DNA from: Candidatus Rokuibacteriota bacterium
GTDB lineage: Bacteria > JAUVQV01 > DATDCY01
DNA length: 51,564 bases
Assembly (NCBI GenBank): GCA_031406795.1
Contig: JANOHV010000224.1
Location: 1 to 51,564, forward strand
Direction of reading: 5' to 3'
A program made the translations under genes and the position numbers. The notes under the pieces are model-generated. The model had not been told where the DNA came from and did not search any database. It saw only the letters and a list, made by a program, of their open reading frames with translations. Within the stretch, counting starts at the first letter, position 1. Each line of letters starts with the position of its first letter. This document shows positions 26,626 through 35,820 of the stretch, in pieces.

Positions 26626-27123
26626 TCAGTAGGTGACGCCGGCCGGAGTGTTGATCTGCCCCCGGATCTCGCCTCCCGGGTGCACCGTGCTGTGGACATT
26701 GACGTACAGGCCGTTGGTCTTCAGGGCGGCTATCTGCGCCGCCGTGAACGTGCTGCCTGCGGGGACGGAGTAGACTCCCGTGGTCCTGTTCTCGCCGCCG
26801 GCCAGCGGAACGATCACGCCGCCGTTGCTGCCCGCCGCTCCCTGGTGGATGTGCGCCCCGGTGGAATTGGAAGAGAGATTGGCGAAGCTCACCGATCCCG
26901 ACACCGCGCCGGTTGCCAGATCGACGACGAACCGCGCGGTGCCGGTGGCCGCCGTGGAGACGGGGGGCACTTCCTGCGCACCGCTCAACGCGACATCGTA
27001 GGTGATCGTGTTTCCGTCCGCCGACGTGCTGTCGTCGGAGGAGCAGGCCCCCAGCCCGAAAAGCACTGCGAACCCGAGTGCTGCCGTGAGAGAGAAAATC
27101 CGCGTTCCCTGCTTTCCGTTCAT
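26626..27123 (-). CDS. CHRD domain lipoprotein
   Basis: RBS AGGAGG; lipobox LGAC; LSGAQEVPPV..ATG; AHIHQGAAG.NGGV; LYVNVHS..HPGGEIRGQI. Confidence 0.9.
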   Translation of the reverse strand: MNGKQGTRIFSLTAALGFAVLFGLGACSSDDSTSADGNTITYDVALSGAQEVPPVSTAATGTARFVVDLATGAVSGSVSFANLSSNSTGAHIHQGAAGSNGGVIVPLAGGENRTTGVYSVPAGSTFTAAQIAALKTNGLYVNVHSTVHPGGEIRGQINTPAGVTY

Positions 27124-27324
27124 GATGCCTCCTGGTGGTGAGTGTTGGTGTTCGCTTTGTCCCGAGGCGGGACACTGTTCAAAAGCTACCGGAGTTGAGC
27201 GCCCGCAGCAATAGGGCCGACCGGGTATTTCCGTGAGCCTGTTGGCCGAGCCACGGGGAGAAGACCAAAGATGGTGTCTCACCTGTATCAGAGCCGCGCA
27301 TGGTGATTCCGTCGAGAAGAGATG

Positions 27325-27338
27325 GTGACATTCATCAC
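27325..27338. promoter_or_regulatory. GTGA-N6-TCAC palindromic operator, copy 2
   Basis: GTGACATTCATCAC in the intergenic region between the CHRD gene and mnxG. Confidence 0.5.
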
Positions 27339-27340
27339 GA

Positions 27341-27353
27341 AATCAAGTGGTTG
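27341..27353 (+). promoter_or_regulatory. IHF binding site
   Basis: AATCAAGTGGTTG matches the IHF consensus WATCAANNNNTTR and lies upstream of a sigma-54 promoter. Confidence 0.5.
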
Positions 27354-27526
27354 TAGGCATGGGACGGGAGCTGGTTGATCCCCGGTGAATCGGCAGCCGG
27401 CTCCAGATGTCTCATGTGGTCCTCCCGACTCGGGCCCGGGCGATCGCCGTCTGCACGTGGCGCATACCGATGAATTGTGTTTGTTGTCAATGGGATTCGC
27501 TGCTTGCTCAGCGGTGTCCGACAGAA

Positions 27527-27542
27527 TGGCATGGCTTGTGCT
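27527..27542 (+). promoter_or_regulatory. Sigma-54 (-24/-12) promoter of the mnxG operon
   Basis: TGGCATGGCTTGTGCT, with GG-N10-GC spacing, about 105 bp upstream of ATG 27649. Confidence 0.6.
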
Positions 27543-27648
27543 TATCAGAAATGACACGATGAAGCAGAACACCGAAGGGCAGTGCTTGGGCGCTGAGCAT
27601 CGAGTGTAGAGTGGCGGGTGAGACGAACAGCGGAGGAGGAGATCGAAA

Positions 27649-30600
27649 ATGAGACCACGATGGAGTACGCTCATCGCGTCCTTGGCCAGCGGCGTCGCCG
27701 TTGCTCTGGTCTTGGTGGCGATGCCTGGCCCGGCGCTCGCGGATGTGACGGCCAGAGTCGTCGCGATCAATCAGACGCTCGTCTATAACCGCCTCGGGGC
27801 CGTGGCCCCCGGGGGGATGATTTTTGCGTTGGAGCGGGATGTGGTTCAGAACCCCACCACCGGCTTCTGGCAGTTGAGGCCGGACAAGCGGCCACGGCCG
27901 CTCGTCCTGCGCGTGAACGAGGGCGAGAAACTGACGATCGTTTTCACGAACCGCCTTGGCCCGCGGAGCCTGGAGCAACCAGCGACGAGGCAGGTGGGCA
28001 TTCACGTTGCCGGCCTGGAACTGGCCGGCAGCATCGCCGACGACGGGTCGCACGTGGGAAGAAACGCGAGCAGCCTCGTCGCTCCCGGCGCCAGCGCGAC
28101 GTATTCCGTGCTGGCCGCGGAAGAGGGGACCTACCTGCTGAACAGCACGGGCGCGAACACGGGTGGCGAGGCGAGTATCGGCACCATGGCGGTGGGTCTC
28201 TTCGGCGCGGTGAACGTCGAGCCGGCCGGCTCCGTCTGGTACCGGAGCCAAGTGACCAAAGCGGATCTGGACCTTGCCAGGACGGGGGCCAACCCGGACG
28301 GCAGTCCCATCATCAACTATAATGCGGTGTACCCGGTCGGCCATGCTTTTGCGGGCCTGCCGATCCTCAAGATACTCGACGCCGCAAGAAACGTCGTCCA
28401 CTCCGATCTCAACGCGGTGGTCGCGAACATCCCGGCTGGCCACTACCCGTTGAATCCGGCCTACCCGAACCGGGAAGAGCCGTTCCGCGAGTTCACCGTG
28501 ATGTTCCACGACGAAATCCACGTGAACCAGGCCTTCCCGGCGATCTACCTGAACCCGGCTTTCAAGTTCGCTCTCGGCAGCGTGAAGGACGGCTTCGCCG
28601 TCAACTACGGAACCGGGGGGATCGGCACCGAGATCCTCGCGAACCGGCTTGGCGTGGGCCCCACCAGGAACTGCGACGACTGCGAGGCCGAGGAGTTCTT
28701 CCTGACCTCCTGGGCCCTGGGCGACCCGGCCATGGTGACGGACGTCCTGGCCAACGTCTCCGATCCCGCGAACGGCATCGTCGCCGAAAAGGCGCTCTAT
28801 CCGGACGATCCGTCCAACGTGTTCCACAGCTACATGAGCGACCACGTGAAGATCCGCAACCTCCACATCGGCAAGGAGCACCACGTCTTTCACCTCCACT
28901 CCCACCAGTGGCTCTTCTCCCCGGACGACGACAACTCGAATTACCTGGACTCCCAGTCGATCGGGCCGGGCACGACCTACACCTACGAGATCACGCACGG
29001 CGGCGCCGGCAACCGGAACAAGACGTTCGGGGATGCCATCTTCCACTGCCATTTCTATCCCCACTTCGCCCAGGGCATGTGGGCTCTGTGGCGGGTGCAC
29101 GACGTCTTCGAGGAAGGGACCGAACTCGACGCGGTCACCGGCATCCCGGTCCCCGGCGCCCGCGCGCTGCCCGACGGCGAGATCGTCGCCGGCACGCCGA
29201 TTCCCGCGGTGGTCCCGATGCCGGGACTCGCGATGGCGCCGCTGCCCCAGGCCGATGTGGCAATCGTCGAGAGCGTCGACGAAGATGGCCATAGGAGCGG
29301 CCAGGTTCAGATCACCCAGAAGGCTGGCACCACGGAACTCGGCAACCCGGGCTTTCCCTTCTTCGTCCCCGGCGTGGCCGGCCACCGGCCCCCGACGCCG
29401 CCTTTGGACATCGAAGTCGACGGCGGCCTGCCGCGTCACGTGATCACCGGCGGCACGAGCCTCGAGGAGCACACGCCGCTGAGCTTCTTCAAGGAGCAGA
29501 CGACTGCCACGGCGATTTATCCCCCGGAGACCGGAACCCCCGCCGAGCTTGCGGCGATGAGGTTTCACGCCTCCCGCGACGCTGCGAATCTGCCGCTGAT
29601 CCCGACCTTCACGCCGGCGGGCGTGCCGGCCAACTTCGAGGTCAACGGTCTGCCGCCGCAGCCGAGCGCTCCGTATGCCGACCCCTGCCGGACGGACGGC
29701 GCGGCGGACCCGATCGCCGTCAACCGGACCTACCGGGCCGCGGTCATTCAGCTCGACATGCAGCTCAACAAGGTCGGCTGGCACTTCAACCAGTCGCGGA
29801 TCGAGGCGCTGAACGGCGACGTGGCGGCAACGCTCGACGGGACGCGCCCCCCGGAGCCCTTCGTGATGCGCGCCAACTCCGGGGACTGCGTGGAGTTCTA
29901 CCACACGAACCTGATCCCGAGCGTCTACGAGCAGGACGACTTCCAGATCAGGATCAACACGGACGTCATCGGGCAGCACATCCACCTGGTCAAGTTCGAC
30001 GTCACTTCGGCCGACGGCTCGGCCAACGGGTACAACTACGAGGACGCGACCCTGAGCCCCGACGAGGTGCGCGAGCGGATCGACGCGATCAACGCCGCGA
30101 ACTCCCAGCCGACCCCGGGGACGGACCTCGTCGCCGAGGCGCACCCGGTCTTCGGCTCGGGCCCCGGCGGACGGTGGGTCGGGGCGCGCACCACGATCCA
30201 GCGCTGGTACGTGGACCCGCTGGTCAACAACCAGGGCGTTGACCGGGGGCTCGGCAACGTTTTCACCCACGATCACCTCGGGCCCTCCACGCATCAGCAA
30301 GCCGGCCTCTACGGCACGCTGCTGGTCGAGCCGCAGGGCTCGACCTGGCGCGACCCGGAGACGGGCGTCATGCTCGGAACGGAGGCGGACGGGGGACCCA
30401 CGAGCTGGCGGGCCGACATCCTCGCCGGCGACAAGAGCACCCGGGAGTTCTTCCTCGAGTTCTCCGACTTCCATCTCGCCTACACCGCCGACGGGATACC
30501 GGTGAACCCGCCGATGAAGGAGGAAGTCGGGCTCCCCTTCCTCGTGGCGGCGCAAGACGTGGTCCAGCCGTGCGGGCTCGTCCGGTGCCCGGAAGCGGTC

Positions 30601-32529
30601 TCCTCGAAGGACGTGGGCACGTTCGTCGTGAACTACCGCAACGAACCGCTGGCGCTGCGGTTGCGGGATCCCGCAACCAATCTCCAGGCCGACGGCCTTG
30701 CCGGGGACCTTTCCTACGCGTTCTCGTCCCGGGTGCTGCGCAAGGAAGCCAGCCTCAACACCTTCGGCCCCTACGCGGCGCTCACCCGGGGCGTGCGGGC
30801 GACCGACCCCTTCACCCCGCTGCTCAGGGTCTACGACGGCGACAACGTCAACGTGCGGATTCAGGTCGGGGCGACCGAGGAGACCCACAACGCGACGATC
30901 CACGGGGTGAAGTGGCTGCAGGAGTACGCCAGCCCGAACTCCGGCTATCGCAACTCGCAGTCCCTCGGCATTTCCGAGCAGTTCCAGCTGCGCTCGCCGG
31001 TCATCGTTGCTCCCCGGGCTGCCGGCAGGGTGGCCGACTATCTCTACACCGTGAGTTCAGCGCTCAACGGTCTCTGGAACGGCAACTGGGGACTCATGCG
31101 CTCCTATCGAACGCGCCTCCCCGATTTGCTGCCGCTGCCGAACAATCCCGTCGACGCCGCGGTCGGTCTGACGATCACCAATGCCGCGAGCTTCTCGGAC
31201 ATGTGCCCGGTGGGTGCCCCGGCGCGCAACTACGACGTAACCGCCGTCCGGGCCGCGGACGCGCTGTCCTCGACTGCCGGCCTGCGCGATGGAAAGCTGG
31301 TCTACAACTCCCGCACCCTCAACGGCGGGCCGCTCACCGACCCGACGTCGATCATGTACGTCATGACGGCGGATCTGGACCCGAACGGCCGGCTCAAACC
31401 GGGAGTGCCGGTGGAGCCGCTGATCCTGCGGGCGGCCGCGGGTGACTGCATCAACGTCACGCTGCGCAACCGGCTGCCGCCGGGGCGCGTCGCGGTCCCC
31501 GACCCGGCGTTCCCGACCACGACGAAGGACCTGGCCGGATTCACGACGCTGCCGGCGATCGTCGAGAAATTCAACGCGAACCAGATCGGGCCGTCTTCCG
31601 CGGTCGGACTGCATCCCCAGCTCGTCGCCTTCGACGTGACGAAGTCCGACGGGACGAATGTTGGCTTCAACCCTGCGCAGACCGTGAGCGCCGGCAGAGG
31701 GGTTCAGCCCATAGTCTACCGGTGGTATGCGGGCGAGGTCTGGCTCGAAGGCACGACGCTCAAGAGCCGGCCGATAGAGTTCGGCGCGGTCAACCTGAGC
31801 TCATCGGACCCCATCAAACACAGCGGCAAGGGTGCGGTCGGCGCGCTGATCATCGAGCCGCTCGGATCGACGTGGGTCGAGGACGGCAGCCCGCAGGACA
31901 CCCTCGGGCGCCCGCGCACCCGCGCCCAGGCCACGGTCACGCCGCCGCCGCCCGGCCTGAGCTTCCGCGATCACGTCCTGGTGTTGCAGAGCGACCTGAA
32001 CCTGCGCTGGAACGGCAATCTCCCGGTGCCGCCCTCGCCCGTGGGCGACGACGGCGAGGACACCGGCATGATGGCGATCAACTACAAGACCGAGCCGCTC
32101 TGGCTGCGCCTCGGCTACCTCCCCAACCTGATCCCTGAAGCCGTGAACAACCTGAACTTCTCCAACTCCCTCTCCATCGACCAGGTGGGGGGGCAGGAAT
32201 CCCAGACGCCGATCCTGACCGCGGCGGCCGGGCAGCCCGTGCGCCTGCGGGTGTTGCACCCGGGCGGCCAGGGACGCAATCCCGTCTTTACTCTTCACGG
32301 GCACGCCTGGCAACGGGAGCCTTACGTCAACGACTCCGGCGCGATCGGGCACAACCCGTTGAGTTTCCTGCGCGGCGCGCAGGAAGCAGTGGGGGCGTCC
32401 ACGCACTGGGACTTCGTGCTGGAGAACGGCGCCGGCGGGGCGAACCGCGTCCCCGGTGACTACCTCTACCGCGACTTCACGCCGCTGCACTTCGAGAACG
32501 GCGCGTGGGGTATACTGCGGGTGCAGTAG
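27649..32529 (+). CDS. mnxG: Large multi-domain multicopper oxidase, MnxG-type (putative Mn(II) oxidase)
   Basis: RBS GGAGGAGG; Sec signal; 1626 aa; RPRPLVLRVNEG; HHVFHLHSHQW; FHCHFYPHFAQGM; GQHIHLVKFD; FTHDHLGPSTHQQAGLY; FTLHGHAW; GDYLYRD; followed by a beta-propeller and two SCO genes. Confidence 0.8.
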   Translation: MRPRWSTLIASLASGVAVALVLVAMPGPALADVTARVVAINQTLVYNRLGAVAPGGMIFALERDVVQNPTTGFWQLRPDKRPRPLVLRVNEGEKLTIVFTNRLGPRSLEQPATRQVGIHVAGLELAGSIADDGSHVGRNASSLVAPGASATYSVLAAEEGTYLLNSTGANTGGEASIGTMAVGLFGAVNVEPAGSVWYRSQVTKADLDLARTGANPDGSPIINYNAVYPVGHAFAGLPILKILDAARNVVHSDLNAVVANIPAGHYPLNPAYPNREEPFREFTVMFHDEIHVNQAFPAIYLNPAFKFALGSVKDGFAVNYGTGGIGTEILANRLGVGPTRNCDDCEAEEFFLTSWALGDPAMVTDVLANVSDPANGIVAEKALYPDDPSNVFHSYMSDHVKIRNLHIGKEHHVFHLHSHQWLFSPDDDNSNYLDSQSIGPGTTYTYEITHGGAGNRNKTFGDAIFHCHFYPHFAQGMWALWRVHDVFEEGTELDAVTGIPVPGARALPDGEIVAGTPIPAVVPMPGLAMAPLPQADVAIVESVDEDGHRSGQVQITQKAGTTELGNPGFPFFVPGVAGHRPPTPPLDIEVDGGLPRHVITGGTSLEEHTPLSFFKEQTTATAIYPPETGTPAELAAMRFHASRDAANLPLIPTFTPAGVPANFEVNGLPPQPSAPYADPCRTDGAADPIAVNRTYRAAVIQLDMQLNKVGWHFNQSRIEALNGDVAATLDGTRPPEPFVMRANSGDCVEFYHTNLIPSVYEQDDFQIRINTDVIGQHIHLVKFDVTSADGSANGYNYEDATLSPDEVRERIDAINAANSQPTPGTDLVAEAHPVFGSGPGGRWVGARTTIQRWYVDPLVNNQGVDRGLGNVFTHDHLGPSTHQQAGLYGTLLVEPQGSTWRDPETGVMLGTEADGGPTSWRADILAGDKSTREFFLEFSDFHLAYTADGIPVNPPMKEEVGLPFLVAAQDVVQPCGLVRCPEAVSSKDVGTFVVNYRNEPLALRLRDPATNLQADGLAGDLSYAFSSRVLRKEASLNTFGPYAALTRGVRATDPFTPLLRVYDGDNVNVRIQVGATEETHNATIHGVKWLQEYASPNSGYRNSQSLGISEQFQLRSPVIVAPRAAGRVADYLYTVSSALNGLWNGNWGLMRSYRTRLPDLLPLPNNPVDAAVGLTITNAASFSDMCPVGAPARNYDVTAVRAADALSSTAGLRDGKLVYNSRTLNGGPLTDPTSIMYVMTADLDPNGRLKPGVPVEPLILRAAAGDCINVTLRNRLPPGRVAVPDPAFPTTTKDLAGFTTLPAIVEKFNANQIGPSSAVGLHPQLVAFDVTKSDGTNVGFNPAQTVSAGRGVQPIVYRWYAGEVWLEGTTLKSRPIEFGAVNLSSSDPIKHSGKGAVGALIIEPLGSTWVEDGSPQDTLGRPRTRAQATVTPPPPGLSFRDHVLVLQSDLNLRWNGNLPVPPSPVGDDGEDTGMMAINYKTEPLWLRLGYLPNLIPEAVNNLNFSNSLSIDQVGGQESQTPILTAAAGQPVRLRVLHPGGQGRNPVFTLHGHAWQREPYVNDSGAIGHNPLSFLRGAQEAVGASTHWDFVLENGAGGANRVPGDYLYRDFTPLHFENGAWGILRVQ

Positions 32530-32568
32530 GCTTCGGCACATCGGCGTTGAGCCGTTCCGATTGAACCG

Positions 32569-32604
32569 GGGGCGGGTGCAGCCAGCTTGAGCTGCACCCG
32601 CCCC
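32569..32604 (+). other. Intercistronic stem-loop after mnxG
   Basis: 14-bp stem GGGGCGGGTGCAGC / GCTGCACCCGCCCC with an 8-nt loop and no U-tract. Confidence 0.6.
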
Positions 32605-32622
32605 GTCATGCGAGGACAGACT

Positions 32623-34554
32623 GTGGGCAAATTCCGCGGACCGCTGCTGCTCCTGACGCTCCTTGTTCCCGGCTTCGCGCTCGCGGCTGGCATCGACGAA
32701 AAACCTGTTGTCGAGACCGCGGTCGAGAAGGGGCTGAGGATCGAGTTCTCTGTTCGCGCCGGCTCCGGACCGGACGGCGGCGCACGGCCGGTCATGGAAG
32801 GCCGCGACGCCGAGGTCGCGTTCCGCGTGACGGACGCGGCCACCGGGGCGCCGGTTTCCCCGTTGAAGCCGGCCGTCTGGATCGACCTGCTCAAAGGGGA
32901 AGAAGCGGCCGCGGGCAAACCGCTCACCGCGTGCAAGGACCGGATCAGCCGGTATCTGCAGGGTTCGCTCGCCTTCCAGCCGGACATCAACCTCAACAAG
33001 TTCTTCATCCTGGTGATGAACAACGACCACAGCATCACGGTGATCGACCCGATCATCGACGCGGGGGGGATCACGCAGCTCTATGCCATGATCCTGCTCA
33101 AGGAACGCGGCGAGGACTGGGTCGCCAGCGCGGATGGCAAAAGGCTCTTCGTCACGATGCCGAAGGCCGGCGAGGTCGCCGCTGTCGACCTGGACAGCTT
33201 CAAGGTGCTCCGCAGCGTCGCTGCCGGCGCCAATCCGGTGCGCATTGCGCTGCAGCCGGACGGCAAGTATCTCTGGGTGGGGAACGACGGGCCGGCCGGC
33301 GGGGTGACCGTGCTCGACGCCGCCACGCTCGCGGTCGCGGCCCGCATCCCGACCGGCGCCGGCCGCCACGAGATCGCCTTCCCCGCGTCGAGCCTGGTCG
33401 CCTACGTGACCAACTCCGAAGCGGGCACGGTCTCCGTGATCGATACGCAGCAGCTCAAGAAGTCCAGGGATCTGCCCGTCGGCGACCGGCCGGTCGCGAT
33501 CGCCTACTCGCCGCTGGGCAATGCGGTCTACGTGGCGAGCCAGGGGGGGGGCGTGGCGGTGATCGACGCCGCGAGAAACCAGATCGCCTCCCGGGTCGAG
33601 ACCGCGCCCGGCCTCACGGCCCTGCGGTTTGCGCCGGGAGGGCGCTGGGGGTTTGTCGCCAACGGCGGCAGCAATGAGGTGTACGTCCTCGACGCCTCCA
33701 GCGGGTTGCTGACGCACACCTTCGGAGTCGGCGCACAGCCTCAGAGCATTGTCTTCACCGCAACCTTCGCGTATGTGCGCTGCAACGGCACCGCCGAGAC
33801 GACGCTGATCCGGCTCGCCGAGTTGGGCGAGCGGACTTCCTTGTCCACGCGAACGGTTGCCTTCGGCAGCAAGGCGCCGGGTGGGTATACGATGCCCGCC
33901 TCGGCCGACGTGATCTCGCCGACCGGGGAATGGGACTCAGTGCTGGCAACAAACCCGGCCGAAAATCTGGTCTTCTACTACATGGAGGGGATGGTCGCGC
34001 CCATGGGGACGTTTCAGACGTACGGCCGCGTGCCCCGTGCCGTCCGCGTGGTCGACCGCAGCCTCAAGGAGATCGAGAAGGGCGTGTACGCGGCCAAGTT
34101 CCGCATCCCGATGAGCGGCAAGTACGATGTTGCGATGGTGATCGATTCGCCCTGGGTCTACCACTGCTTCGAGTTTTCCGCCGCGGTCGACCCGCAGACC
34201 GCCGGGGAGCGCGCGGCACTGCCGCCGAAGATCGAGTTTCACGACAAGCAGCGCCGGTTCCCGGCCGGGCAGCCCGTGCGGGTGCGCTTCTCACTGTTGC
34301 AGCAGCCCGACGGCAAGCCGCTGTCCGGCGTCGGGGACGTGGTCGTCCTCGCAGCGCGGGTGCCGGGGACCTGGCAGGAGCGCCGGCTGGCGACTCCCGC
34401 GGCCGACGGATCCTACGAGGCGCTCATCACGCCGGAGGGCCCGGGGCGCTATACGGTCTTCTTCGCGATCCCCTCCCGCCGCCTGGAATTCGAGACGTTC
34501 CCGACGTTCGGGTTCGAAGTGACCGGGAATAAGGCGCCGGAGACGCCGCGATGA
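32623..34554 (+). CDS. YVTN/YncE-family beta-propeller protein (multicopper oxidase accessory)
   Basis: GTG after GAGGA (alternative ATG at 32608); signal peptide; AYVTNSEAGTVSVIDT; LQPDGKYLWVGND; YYMEGMVAPMG. Confidence 0.8.
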   Translation: MGKFRGPLLLLTLLVPGFALAAGIDEKPVVETAVEKGLRIEFSVRAGSGPDGGARPVMEGRDAEVAFRVTDAATGAPVSPLKPAVWIDLLKGEEAAAGKPLTACKDRISRYLQGSLAFQPDINLNKFFILVMNNDHSITVIDPIIDAGGITQLYAMILLKERGEDWVASADGKRLFVTMPKAGEVAAVDLDSFKVLRSVAAGANPVRIALQPDGKYLWVGNDGPAGGVTVLDAATLAVAARIPTGAGRHEIAFPASSLVAYVTNSEAGTVSVIDTQQLKKSRDLPVGDRPVAIAYSPLGNAVYVASQGGGVAVIDAARNQIASRVETAPGLTALRFAPGGRWGFVANGGSNEVYVLDASSGLLTHTFGVGAQPQSIVFTATFAYVRCNGTAETTLIRLAELGERTSLSTRTVAFGSKAPGGYTMPASADVISPTGEWDSVLATNPAENLVFYYMEGMVAPMGTFQTYGRVPRAVRVVDRSLKEIEKGVYAAKFRIPMSGKYDVAMVIDSPWVYHCFEFSAAVDPQTAGERAALPPKIEFHDKQRRFPAGQPVRVRFSLLQQPDGKPLSGVGDVVVLAARVPGTWQERRLATPAADGSYEALITPEGPGRYTVFFAIPSRRLEFETFPTFGFEVTGNKAPETPR

Positions 34555-35180
34555 GCGCTCCGGGCGGGCGCCGAATCTTGCTGCCGCCGGGCGCGCGCCG
34601 GGTCATCCGTGGGGCGGGCGCCTGCCTCTGGCTGGCGCTGCTGGCCGCCCCCGCCCTGCCGGCCGCCGCGGCGCCTCCTGCCCGCAGCGTGGTCAAGGTC
34701 ACGGTGCCCGACCTGGACCTGACGGACGAGAATGGGCAGACCCGGCGTCTTCTGAGCGGCTTCATCGGCGACAAGCTCGCGGCGGTCACGTTCACGTACA
34801 CAACCTGCACGACGGTCTGTCCGGTGCTGGACGGGATCTTCCAGAGGCTCCAGAAGAGTCTCGGCGACCGGCTTGGCGCCGATGTCGTCCTGATCACCCT
34901 GACCATCGACCCGGTCAACGACATCCCCCAGCGGCTCAAGGCACACGCGCAGAAGCTCCACGCGGCTCCCGGCTGGACCTTCCTGACCGGCACGAAGGAC
35001 AACGTGAACCGGATTCTTCGGGGTTTGGAGGTCTACTCGCCCGACATTTTCAACCATCCCCCGACGGTCTTCGTCGTGGACGGGAGCAGCGGGGTCTGGA
35101 ACCGGCTTTACGGCTTTCCCTCGCCCTCCGTTGTCGTGGGGCTCCTCGACGAGCTCGGCGCCGCCCGCGGCCGGAAGTGA
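34551..35180 (+). CDS. SCO1/SenC family copper chaperone
   Basis: FTYTTCTTVCP (CXXXC); ITLTIDPVNDIP; WTFLTG; conserved His in FNHPP. Confidence 0.88.
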   Translation: MSAPGGRRILLPPGARRVIRGAGACLWLALLAAPALPAAAAPPARSVVKVTVPDLDLTDENGQTRRLLSGFIGDKLAAVTFTYTTCTTVCPVLDGIFQRLQKSLGDRLGADVVLITLTIDPVNDIPQRLKAHAQKLHAAPGWTFLTGTKDNVNRILRGLEVYSPDIFNHPPTVFVVDGSSGVWNRLYGFPSPSVVVGLLDELGAARGRK

Positions 35181-35193
35181 GGTGCGCGGCGTG

Positions 35194-35820
35194 ATGCGCC
35201 CCGGCCGGCGACTTCTCGGGATCTGCGCCGCGCTGGCGCTGCTGCTGGCGGCCCCGGTAACGGTTCCCGCTGCCGGCAGCACTGCCACCGCCCAGGCGCC
35301 CGAACCCAAGATCACCGGGCCGGGTCGGCCGTACTTCACCGATCTGCCGCTGGTGACGCAGCACGGCAAGGAAGTCCGGTTCTACTCGGACGTGCTCGAG
35401 GGCCGGGTCGTGCTGATCAGCGGTTTCTATATCAACTGCAAGACGATCTGCCCCCGGCAGAACCTGATCCTGTCGCGCGTCCAGAAGATGCTCGGCGAGC
35501 GTCTGGGCACGGACGCCTTCATCGTGTCGGTCACCGTGGATCCGCGGCGAGATACGCCGGACAAGGTCAAAGAGTACGCCGGGGCCTTCAGAGCGGGCCC
35601 CGGCTGGACGTTCCTGACGGGCAAGCCCGAAAACGTCGACTGGGTCAACTACCGTCTCGGGCAGTACCTGGAGGACCCGGAGCGTCACCGCGGGGTCTAC
35701 GTCATCGGGAATCTGAAAACCGGGCTCTGGGTGAAGGTCTCCCCGGACGCCGGGGCCGAAGAGCTGGTGCGGCAACTCGAGAGGGCAATAGCGGACGTGC
35801 CCGCCGCGGAAAAACCATGA
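35194..35820 (+). CDS. SCO1/SenC family copper chaperone
   Basis: FYINCKTICP; SVTVDPRRDTP; WTFLTG. Start could instead be GTG 35182 or 35191. Confidence 0.88.
   Translation: MRPGRRLLGICAALALLLAAPVTVPAAGSTATAQAPEPKITGPGRPYFTDLPLVTQHGKEVRFYSDVLEGRVVLISGFYINCKTICPRQNLILSRVQKMLGERLGTDAFIVSVTVDPRRDTPDKVKEYAGAFRAGPGWTFLTGKPENVDWVNYRLGQYLEDPERHRGVYVIGNLKTGLWVKVSPDAGAEELVRQLERAIADVPAAEKP

Noticed and set aside
27508-30903. 1131-aa minus-strand ORF, and similar long ORFs at 17051-19201, 21232-23343, 31801-33717, 39489-41183, 42546-44282 and 49898-51265
   Set aside because: Opposite-strand shadows of real genes, with Arg/Gly/Val-rich low-information translations.
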